From Candidatus Methanophagaceae archaeon (lineage in GTDB: Archaea > Halobacteriota > Syntropharchaeia > Alkanophagales > Methanospirareceae), in the NCBI GenBank assembly GCA_003194435.1, contig PQXC01000003.1, positions 50,706 to 114,705 on the forward strand: DNA of 64,000 nt. The letters run 5' to 3'. Each line of letters starts with the position of its first letter. Positions within the stretch are counted from its first letter, which is position 1. A program made the translations under genes and the position numbers. Shown one piece after another: positions 1 through 7,681 of this stretch. The notes beneath the pieces are model-generated. The model did no database searches, was not told the DNA's origin, and worked only from the letters and a program-made list of their open reading frames with translations.

Positions 1-1906
1 GCACCTGACATGTCACGAAGAAACTTTTCCGATACCTATACCCGCACGTATTGATTGGTACAAAGTAGGTGAAAGCCATGGAAATGTGGTGGCATGTGAA
101 CTCGGTGGACCCGATGTGAATGCAGCAATGATCGTTGAGAGTATTGGAGAAGGGAAAATTGATCATGCGTTGTTTGGTTTTGTCAATATGGTTTCGGGAC
201 CTGTTTGCTACATCAGTTTACCTGTTTGTAAGACGACAGGCTGGGCCGAGGGTGGTGCATGTTGGGTGACGGGACCAGCATGCGGTATAAAAGTTCTTTC
301 GACGCTCTACTTAGGGTTTGAGCCTGCAATAGAGTGGGACCACATAGAGACTATGTCTTGTGACTGGGTGGATAACCTTCCTTTCGAACAAGAGTTTGGA
401 GAATTCTTGTACGAGATTGACTTAGAAAATATGCGGCTAGAAAGCTATGACGGAATCATAGACTGTAGTGTCGCCTTCGTATGGGACGAGAGCGGTAACA
501 TTCGGCTTAAAGCTGATGCCCCTTCCTACTGTGGCGAAGAATCGATGAGGTTTCCCTTGGAACCCCCTGCGGACAATAGCTTTACCGTATGTGATGGATA
601 CCTTCAGAATGAAGCCAGGCTACGTCCACCTGCCGAATCCAGTATAACTCTTGATGAAGAGGTGACTCTAAGACTCGGCAAATCTGAGACACCACATCTG
701 GGTCTAGATTTGGCTGATAACGAATTGCAGATTTATGACGAAGACGAATGTCTAATCTATGAATTCAGCGAACTGCAGGATCCTGAGTCTCTTATTTATC
801 TGACTGCGGCTGGTCTACACGGCGTTAACGTATATTCTGCTACACTCCTAAAAATCGTTGGGTTCCAAGTCTTCAATGACGGCCAAGTAAGTGTTGGGGA
901 TTCTGGGGAATTCGACTCACTTTGTCCAGTCGATTTGACCGTCAGAGACCCGAGTGGATTGGTTGTTAGTAAACAAGTGAATGATGTTCTAGGCGCTCTA
1001 TACAGAGAATTGGACATGGATGGCGATCAAGAAATGGATGATCAAATACTAATTCCAGTCCTGAAACTTGGAACCTACGAGATATCAGTTTCACCAGAAC
1101 CTGCTGCATTGCCCACTGATACATACACCTTAAAAGTAACATCGGGTGGTACAACCATTGTTTTAGCAAAAAACGTCTCGATCAGCGCTATTCCAGACAA
1201 GCCTTATATCATTGAGTCAACAGAAACAGGAATAATAGATAGGACTCCACCAGTTATAACCATATATTCACCAGTCAACGGCACAATATACCCAGCTGGG
1301 TCAGTCAATCTAAACTATTCTGTAAGCGAACCAACTGTATGGGAAGGTTATTCATCAGATGGCGCAGAGAATGTTACACTTTATGGAAATACAACTTTAA
1401 CAGGCTTGACAGAAGGCACACACACTGTTACTGTGTATGCAAATGATACTGGTGGGAATATGGGACATAGCACAGTTTGGTTTACAGTAAGAACGTCAAC
1501 AATATTCGACACAGGCTCGCCATCTAATCCCTACCCCAGCATCTCCGGCATGCACAAAGGCACAATCACACTAAGCGAAAACATCACCGTGCATAAACTT
1601 TACACATATCCATGCGAAGGTACAGGTGGGCACACTGAATATGTGAGGATTTATGGAAATGGAATAGACAAGAACGCTTCATGGAACGGTTACAATGAGG
1701 ATTGGCAATACATTTATTTTGACAATTCCTTCGTGTTAGAAGAGGAGAAAACGTACAATTACACCATCATAACAGGCTCATATCCGCAGATAATCCATGC
1801 AAAGGAGCATGAAGCGAAAGAAGGGGGTAATATCACCTGCTCAGAATTCATGGATGCGAATGGAAAAAGATACAGCGATTGGATACCTGCGATTAGGTTG
1901 GAGTGA
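1..1906 (+). CDS. Cell-surface glycoprotein-like protein, 5'-truncated by the window edge. The reading frame is open from nt 2; the ORF track's GTG at 86 is not the real start.
   Basis: The frame is open to the window start with no stop codon. The protein has many N-x-S/T sequons (NVS, NGT, NYS, NVT, NTT, NDT, NIT, NAS, NYT). It contains an Ig-like stretch (PPVITIYSPVNGTIYPAGSVNLNYSVSEPTVWEGY...THTVTVYANDTGGNMGHSTVWFTV). There is no signal peptide at the annotated start. A hairpin followed by a T-run lies just downstream. Confidence 0.45.
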   Translation, partial: HLTCHEETFPIPIPARIDWYKVGESHGNVVACELGGPDVNAAMIVESIGEGKIDHALFGFVNMVSGPVCYISLPVCKTTGWAEGGACWVTGPACGIKVLSTLYLGFEPAIEWDHIETMSCDWVDNLPFEQEFGEFLYEIDLENMRLESYDGIIDCSVAFVWDESGNIRLKADAPSYCGEESMRFPLEPPADNSFTVCDGYLQNEARLRPPAESSITLDEEVTLRLGKSETPHLGLDLADNELQIYDEDECLIYEFSELQDPESLIYLTAAGLHGVNVYSATLLKIVGFQVFNDGQVSVGDSGEFDSLCPVDLTVRDPSGLVVSKQVNDVLGALYRELDMDGDQEMDDQILIPVLKLGTYEISVSPEPAALPTDTYTLKVTSGGTTIVLAKNVSISAIPDKPYIIESTETGIIDRTPPVITIYSPVNGTIYPAGSVNLNYSVSEPTVWEGYSSDGAENVTLYGNTTLTGLTEGTHTVTVYANDTGGNMGHSTVWFTVRTSTIFDTGSPSNPYPSISGMHKGTITLSENITVHKLYTYPCEGTGGHTEYVRIYGNGIDKNASWNGYNEDWQYIYFDNSFVLEEEKTYNYTIITGSYPQIIHAKEHEAKEGGNITCSEFMDANGKRYSDWIPAIRLE

Positions 1907-1960
1907 AAGCATATAAAATAATATAAAAGAAGGAGAAGAGCCCAAATAACAACAGGGATG

Positions 1961-2000
1961 CCTCGGAATTTATTCCGAGGTGGCGTGGATGGGGCTTTTT
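1961..2000 (+). terminator. Putative transcription terminator: a perfect 9-bp stem hairpin (cctcggaat-tt-attccgagg) followed by a T-run.
   Basis: The inverted repeat is seen directly in the sequence, 55 nt after the stop of the surface-protein ORF. An oligo-T (cttttt) lies about 15 nt after the stem. Confidence 0.3.
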
Positions 2001-2051
2001 ATAAGCACGATGCAGATCCTAAGTTGCACAGAGTCTAAGTCTAACCAAAGA

Positions 2052-3722
2052 TATTTAAATACCGTAACTCCGCAAGTTAACCCATAGGTAGAACCTCAGG
2101 GAACAATGAACACATCCGTCTTGCTCTCTTCGGGATCTTAGCGAAGTACTCTCTTCCACTCTTTTCAACAATTTTTGTGACCTTTGAAAGCTCAAATAGC
2201 ACTTCCTCGACAGAAATCTTGTTTGTGAGTCCCTTTTCTCTCAAACTCTTCAAGATCTTGAAGTATATCCGCATAGCAAGAAATGTTGCCAGGAAATACC
2301 CTCTTACCGCCTCGTCGGATCTCAAATACGTCTTATCTGACTCTAATCTATTTTTCATCGCATCAAATGCCAGTTCCACATCCTCTCTGCCCTTATACAT
2401 ATCGAACATATCGATTCCATCTTTATCCATGTCCGAGACCAAACATATGACACCTGCAAGTCTGCGTTTCTGCTCAAACATAGCCATCGTCAGTTTATTC
2501 GCTTCCACTTTCCTGAGGAGCGCCTGTTCTTCCTCACCTTTAAGCAGAGGGTCTTCAAAAGCGAATAAAGTGCCATACTCAGTCCCTTTTGTACCCCAGC
2601 GAATAGGTCTACCCCTATACAGGAACGACCCCTTCCACCGCATCCATCTGAGGTCGATGAGCGTTGAATTCTTCCTTAGAGGAACGATATAGTGTATTCC
2701 ATCCTCCCTGAGATCATTCAACAGTCCATACGATGAGAATCCGCGATCAAAGATAAAACCAATGTCTTTCTTCGGGAATCGTTCAATGAAGTCTCTAACT
2801 GTTGTTATATCCTTCATAGAGCCATAGAAGACATCTACTCCAACGGGCAGCTTTGTAATGGATGAAAAAGCCATAATTACGCCGATCTGATCGATGTATT
2901 CGTGGTCTGCGTTGTATCCTCTCTCCGCGAGTTTTATGTTCTTTGAATAGGTAAAGACGGATGTTAAGTCATAAAGCAGAATATCTTCTTTGGTGGCAAG
3001 TTTTGAGAAGAGGTCATACCATATATGGACGTCCCTTCCCGTACTGCTTAAGACAGACGAAAGATGCTTTGGGGTAAGGCTGACATCGATCAGCTTGGAG
3101 AGATACAGCTTCTCCCATCTGGAAGCAAACAGCCTTAACGGCTTCGGATCAATCGCCTTGATTATAGCAGTGGCAATGAGTTCGTTGCAATAGGGCGTAT
3201 TTTTAGCCAGGAGACCTTCCAGATCCTTTATCATATGATGGGCAAGCGCGCCATTCCCATACTCAAAAACCTCTCGTTCAGACTCTTGAATCCGTGACCT
3301 CTCCCTCTTCTTCCTGAAGATACCGCCGTGATCTATCGAGCCTATGTACTCGGTTATTTTCCTGACCTTCTTGCGCTCTTTATCCCATTCGCTCGTTGCA
3401 CGATAGACATAGTAGTTGTTTTTGATGATTTTCAGCTCTATGTGAGATGGCTCTTTCTTCTTTATGCGTTCGAATGTCTTCAAGACCTTTGGTGGGATAT
3501 TTCTCATATGGGTTAAAATATATGGGTTATATATTTAAATGATTTTCGGTTTTTATCCGGTTTAATTTACCTGGTTTTGGTAGAAACCATGTAACGGGAG
3601 ATAAAATTAAGAAAAATTGGCAATATTGTGCTTTCGGCGTGATTTGTGGCTACAAACACGCCAATTTTTGGTGCAACAGAGATGATTATGGGTTAAAAAG
3701 AAGAGTTACGGTGAAAATATAC
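2052..3722 (-). mobile_element. IS element copy A (IS4-superfamily-like, single DDE transposase ORF), with imperfect terminal inverted repeats.
   Basis: The left end is atatttaaatACCGTAACTCcgc (about 2052-2077). The right end is GAGTTACGGTgaaaatatac (about 3703-3722), whose reverse complement is gtatattttcACCGTAACTC. The two share a 10-bp core plus flanking AT-rich tips. The single transposase ORF lies in between. Confidence 0.45.
2077..3507 (-). CDS. DDE transposase, IS4/IS1634-like; the family assignment is tentative.
   Basis: The 476-aa protein is paralogous to the ORF at 3793..5220, sharing YYVYRATSEWDK..RKK and DRGF DDE-region motifs. It has a basic N-terminal HTH-like region. It is flanked by inverted repeats. 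Confidence 0.7.
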   Translation of the reverse strand: MRNIPPKVLKTFERIKKKEPSHIELKIIKNNYYVYRATSEWDKERKKVRKITEYIGSIDHGGIFRKKRERSRIQESEREVFEYGNGALAHHMIKDLEGLLAKNTPYCNELIATAIIKAIDPKPLRLFASRWEKLYLSKLIDVSLTPKHLSSVLSSTGRDVHIWYDLFSKLATKEDILLYDLTSVFTYSKNIKLAERGYNADHEYIDQIGVIMAFSSITKLPVGVDVFYGSMKDITTVRDFIERFPKKDIGFIFDRGFSSYGLLNDLREDGIHYIVPLRKNSTLIDLRWMRWKGSFLYRGRPIRWGTKGTEYGTLFAFEDPLLKGEEEQALLRKVEANKLTMAMFEQKRRLAGVICLVSDMDKDGIDMFDMYKGREDVELAFDAMKNRLESDKTYLRSDEAVRGYFLATFLAMRIYFKILKSLREKGLTNKISVEEVLFELSKVTKIVEKSGREYFAKIPKRARRMCSLFPEVLPMG

Positions 3723-3765
3723 TTAAGCTAATAAAGTTTATGGAAAATTTAGGTTTTCCTGTTTT

Positions 3766-5330
3766 TATTCAATTATTAACCTTAACTCCGCATCATTTAG
3801 GGAATAAGTTTAACTCAAGTTTCTCGTCCAGCTCCCTAACCTTTTTTGGAACCTCGGACATCAGTTCTTTGTCTCCATATTCCACTTTGTAGACTTTGGC
3901 ATATTCATCCATCAAATCCATGGGAGATACCTTGTTTAGCATTCCTTTCTCTCTCAGCATGCACTGCAACTTGCAGTATCCGTAAAGAGAAAGGAAGGAC
4001 ACAAATAAATGACCAAATACGCTCTCATTGTCCTGTAAATACATTTTATCTGCGTTCAGCACGTTTTTGTATACGTCGAAGGCTTTCTCCACTCCTTCTC
4101 TCTGCTTGTACATCAGGAAGATATCCTCTGGTTCTTTATCTAGATCAGAGATGATAAGGATTTTGCCTGCCCTCTTCAACCCCTTTTCTATCTCTTCCTT
4201 GCTGATTTTGCCTTTATCATGCTTTTTATATAGGGTTATTTCCTCTTCAGCTCTCAGGGTGACGTCCTCGAAGAGGTAGAGGTAGTAGCTCTTCTTTTTC
4301 CTTTCACCTTTAATCTCTTTCCCGGTTTTACCGCACTTTATGAGTCTTTCCCTGTAGAAGAAATGGTCTTTAACATCTATTTCTTCTTCGTAAAGCTTGC
4401 TATTCCTTCTAGCAGGAATAACAAAAGATGCTTTGTCCAACAGGAACTTTACCACCCCCATGGAGAAGAAGCCCCTGTCCAGTATCAGGATTACGTGGGA
4501 ATCAATCTCCTTCACACTATTGTAGATTGAAGTTATATCTCTGACTGAACCGGGTAAAGCCTTTATCATCGCCGGTAAACCATCCGAGGAGTATAGTAAT
4601 GCAATGTTGATCTGGGGGATGTGTATCTTGTCCTTGTTGTACCCCACTTCAGCGAAATTGATGGCTGACCTGGTGAAAACTACGCTCAAGTCATAAACAA
4701 AGCTCTCCCCCTTCATCAACTGATTGAAGACAGCATTCTGCCCTTCCCTGTCCAATCCGACTTCTCTCAACACTGCTGACAGCTTCTTGGGGTTCAAGTT
4801 GGGCGATAAACCCTTCATGTACAGTTTCTCCCACACAGCCTTAACCCTCTTCAGAGGGACGTAATCCATAACTCTCACCAACGCAAGGGCGTAGATCTCC
4901 TCCCAGCTCTCAAATACCTTGAGAGAAGGAACAATATCCTTCATAGCCTCCTGAAGTAACACAGCATTCCCATACTGCTTTACAGTGACCCTTTTCTCCT
5001 TCTTTTCTCTCAAACCATCCCTGCTTAACTTCCCTATGTATGTAGATTTCTTTCTTCTCTTCTTCGCTTTCTTATCCCAGTAAGTCGTCGACCTGTAGAC
5101 ATAATAACTGTTTGCCTGCTTCTTTATCTCGATCCCCTTCTCCCCACTCTCCCTCTGTTTCTTAACCCAGTCCTTAACCCATTGCTCCATGTATTCCCTA
5201 TAGGGAATAATACTATACATATTTTTCTATCCACTAGAATCTCCGATCAAGAAATAAAGGTTTATTGGGGAATATCCAAAAAGTTAAACCCTAAAAATGG
5301 AAGAGTTAAGGTTATAATGTTGATTGAATA
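3766..5330 (-). mobile_element. IS element copy B, a diverged paralogue of copy A lying in tandem about 45 bp downstream of it.
   Basis: The left inverted repeat is tattcaattattaaCCTTAACTCcgca (3766-3790). The right is GAGTTAAGGttataatgttgattgaata (5303-5330). The reverse complement of the right repeat reproduces tattcaat...taACCTTAACTC. Both copies share a TAACTCCGCA left-end core. Confidence 0.5.
3793..5220 (-). CDS. DDE transposase, paralogue of 2077..3507.
   Basis: The 475-aa protein carries the motifs YYVYRSTTYWDKKAKKRRKK and LILDRGFFSMG. It has roughly 35-40% identity by eye to copy A over its full length. Confidence 0.7.
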   Translation of the reverse strand: MYSIIPYREYMEQWVKDWVKKQRESGEKGIEIKKQANSYYVYRSTTYWDKKAKKRRKKSTYIGKLSRDGLREKKEKRVTVKQYGNAVLLQEAMKDIVPSLKVFESWEEIYALALVRVMDYVPLKRVKAVWEKLYMKGLSPNLNPKKLSAVLREVGLDREGQNAVFNQLMKGESFVYDLSVVFTRSAINFAEVGYNKDKIHIPQINIALLYSSDGLPAMIKALPGSVRDITSIYNSVKEIDSHVILILDRGFFSMGVVKFLLDKASFVIPARRNSKLYEEEIDVKDHFFYRERLIKCGKTGKEIKGERKKKSYYLYLFEDVTLRAEEEITLYKKHDKGKISKEEIEKGLKRAGKILIISDLDKEPEDIFLMYKQREGVEKAFDVYKNVLNADKMYLQDNESVFGHLFVSFLSLYGYCKLQCMLREKGMLNKVSPMDLMDEYAKVYKVEYGDKELMSEVPKKVRELDEKLELNLFPK

Positions 5331-5832
5331 CTTGTCTGGTGTTCAGCTAAATATTTACCATTACTTGGGCCTAATCATAGAAGAGTTTTCAAACATAGTA
5401 ACACCAATGTTGCCTACAACTGGCAATTGGGCAGATTCCGCAAATGATGCAATATTCATGATGAATATCATGAAATTCTTTTTACATGTTTTATCATCTC
5501 CGATACCACTTATAGCAGCAATAATAGTATATTTAAAACATGAAAAAGAATCTATGTAGTGGCTGTAGCAGCAAAAAGGACCAAAGACATTAAAAGGAAT
5601 GATGAGGAAGGGGATAACAGGAGATAGTAGGAAAAGCACACCCATGGAGAAAGCTGTAAAAGAGACAAACAAAGCTATGGAAGAAGCGTTTTTTGGTAAA
5701 AAGAAGAAATAAGGGGGAAAGAAAAAATAATAAGAAAATGTTTGAAAGTTTATGTGACGACGTTTTAGGCATCGTTAAGCGATGGGTCCCTAAGAAAAAA
5801 TATTCCAAAGACCAGAATATAGAGATGACCTA

Positions 5833-6318
5833 ATGGAGTTCATCAGGAGTAGGCTAAAGCGAAGTCAAGAGAACCTTTTATTTGGTACTCCCGAAAAACA
5901 CCGTGTCAAAAAGGAAGCTGGAAGATCCCATGCAGATATTGAAATTGATAGGAATATCGGAATAGAGCTAAAGCGAAATTTGAAAGGAAAGACCGAAATG
6001 AACAGACTTACGGGGCAGGTAGGAGATTATGCAAGCGAATATAGCTGTATAATTGTTGTTCTCTGCGGAGAAGTGAGTGAAGAAACTGTTGAAGAGCTTG
6101 AATATCAATTCAAGCAAAGGTATGGTGGTGTGGAATTTGGTTTAGGTCCTCAGGGACCGAGAGTAGAACTTATAAGGAAAGATGAAGCTTGGATAAAGAG
6201 GAGAAAGAAAAAGACTTCTTATAAAAAGACGCAACCTTCATCTGGTCAACCTTCGTTTAGCCAGCCCACATTTAATCAACCTTCATTCGATTCACCGAAA
6301 GAAAAAGGGGTAGAATGA
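5833..6318 (+). CDS. Hypothetical protein with a possible PD-(D/E)xK nuclease-fold core and a disordered QPSF-repeat tail.
   Basis: The segment HADIEIDRNIGIELKRN fits a D...ExK spacing. The C-terminus carries KKTQPSSGQPSFSQPTFNQPSFDSP, a threefold QP(S/T)F repeat. An ATG start is present. Confidence 0.3.
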   Translation: MEFIRSRLKRSQENLLFGTPEKHRVKKEAGRSHADIEIDRNIGIELKRNLKGKTEMNRLTGQVGDYASEYSCIIVVLCGEVSEETVEELEYQFKQRYGGVEFGLGPQGPRVELIRKDEAWIKRRKKKTSYKKTQPSSGQPSFSQPTFNQPSFDSPKEKGVE

Positions 6319-6344
6319 TTCATGGATCTTTCTTTAGCTAAGAA

Positions 6345-6881
6345 TCACGAAGTGAGAATCAAGTCCATCAGTGTTTTACTATCCACCTCCACACGCGTTC
6401 GCCATCCGATATAGAGCAAGTTCTCATCCTCTCTCAGGTAGCCCTGCACGATATATCGCTCCAGAGCGCGTATAACTCTGCGTCTGGGGAATTTCTCAGC
6501 AAGGAAATCCTCAACCGATTTCCTTGACGCCTTCCCCTGCTTCGAGATGATATATGCTAACGATGCAGAGAGTATAGCCACATCGTCTATCCTGAGTCCG
6601 GAAGCTTTATCGGTCAGAAGGTCTTTGAGCACAACCACGAACCTCTCATTATCCGATTTTTCGCCCTCACTTATCCGTCTTACCTCCATCCCGAGTTTGA
6701 GCAGAATCGAGTTTAGAATCTCAATTATCTCCATGTAATCATCGCCGAGTGCTTTCTTGAGTTCCCAGGCTTTAACGCCCGGCGTTCTGTGCCTACGGAA
6801 TAATAATAGCTGAGCTGCCTTCTTCACCTTCCGCTCTGCTCGCTCTGCCCTTGCTCTCTCCTCTTGCTCCATCTCTCCCAA
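6345..6881 (-). CDS. scpB: Segregation and condensation protein B (ScpB-like, winged-helix).
   Basis: The protein is 178 aa and overlaps the upstream scpA-like gene. Its overall layout matches the winged-helix architecture of ScpB (ILSASLAYIISKQGKASRKSVEDFLA resembles the ScpB wH2 region). Confidence 0.45.
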   Translation of the reverse strand: MGEMEQEERARAERAERKVKKAAQLLLFRRHRTPGVKAWELKKALGDDYMEIIEILNSILLKLGMEVRRISEGEKSDNERFVVVLKDLLTDKASGLRIDDVAILSASLAYIISKQGKASRKSVEDFLAEKFPRRRVIRALERYIVQGYLREDENLLYIGWRTRVEVDSKTLMDLILTS

Positions 6882-7675
6882 TCTTCATAGCTTATCGCGA
6901 TAGGAATAGACCGTTTCTCACCTGGATATTTTTCATCATCCTCATCCTCATGTTCACCACCACTACCGCCGCTTTGACCGCGACTGCCATTGCGTGGATA
7001 TATGAATATCTTCTCTTCCAGCGGTTCGATATCAAGCTCTGCTTTACCCTCACTTACTATATAACTGGTTAGATATGCCTTTCTTACACTGTCTTCAAAA
7101 CTATCGCCATACACAAAATCATAGTATTCTGTTCTGCCCCGCGCTTCAAGCTCATTCAGCACCTGCTGTATCTGCTCCTGAAATTCGGTCTGCGATAAGA
7201 TATGGAGTGCAATCAAATCATCCAGTTTGAGTGTGCCTGTTTCTGGTGTTGAAGCAGCACCAAAAGCACTCTTTCGCTCACTCAGTGGTAGCAGTGCGTT
7301 CCAGTAATCGAGACCCTGCTTCAATCGCTCAGGTGTGATTCTGTCCAGCGATACAATGGGATGCCACGCTTTAAAGAATGCAGATGCCAGCTGAGCTGGT
7401 TCCATGAGCTTCAATTTGAATTCAACCAAAGCAGGGTCAATGTAGAACGATGCTGAGCGGTCTTTTATCCATTTACACTGTAATTCGATCACCTTTGTCA
7501 GCTCCGATATCGCTTCTGCATCTAACATAAGGTCGTCTATACTCTTCCACCTCCTCACATACTCGCCAAGAATCGTGAGGAATCTCTTTACGTCCAGGTC
7601 AAACGGGTCGGTATCCGCACGCTGTATAGTCTTGCAGAAGTTGATCAGTCGTAAGATGTCTTCTGGTGCTTTCAT
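6824..7675 (-). CDS. scpA: Segregation and condensation protein A (ScpA kleisin-like).
   Basis: The N-terminal ILRLINFCKTIQRADTDPFDLDVKRFLTILGEY parallels the ScpA motif LDLLLHLI..EIDIYDIPV..ITEQYL. The C-terminus is acidic. The gene overlaps scpB in an operon arrangement. Confidence 0.5.
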   Translation of the reverse strand: MKAPEDILRLINFCKTIQRADTDPFDLDVKRFLTILGEYVRRWKSIDDLMLDAEAISELTKVIELQCKWIKDRSASFYIDPALVEFKLKLMEPAQLASAFFKAWHPIVSLDRITPERLKQGLDYWNALLPLSERKSAFGAASTPETGTLKLDDLIALHILSQTEFQEQIQQVLNELEARGRTEYYDFVYGDSFEDSVRKAYLTSYIVSEGKAELDIEPLEEKIFIYPRNGSRGQSGGSGGEHEDEDDEKYPGEKRSIPIAISYEDWERWSKRREQGQSEQSGR

Positions 7676-7681
7676 CTCCGC

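Noticed and set aside
86-88. GTG at position 86 as the start codon of the first ORF.
   Set aside because: The reading frame is open all the way back to nt 2 with no stop codon, so the gene is simply truncated by the window and the ORF-track start is an artefact.
2077-3519. The 10-bp match TTAACCCATA at both ends of the copy-A transposase ORF as the true IS terminal inverted repeats.
   Set aside because: Both copies overlap the start and stop codons themselves (ATGGGTTAA reads as M-G-stop in both orientations). They are therefore probably coincidental or internal. The better outer inverted repeats are the GAGTTACGG-type ends, shared with copy B.
5182-5672. Small ORFs 5182..5559 (plus) and 5361..5672 (minus) in the AT-rich island.
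   Set aside because: They overlap each other on opposite strands, have AT-driven hydrophobic composition, and have no start-context or homology support. They are kept only as a finding about the island, not as genes.
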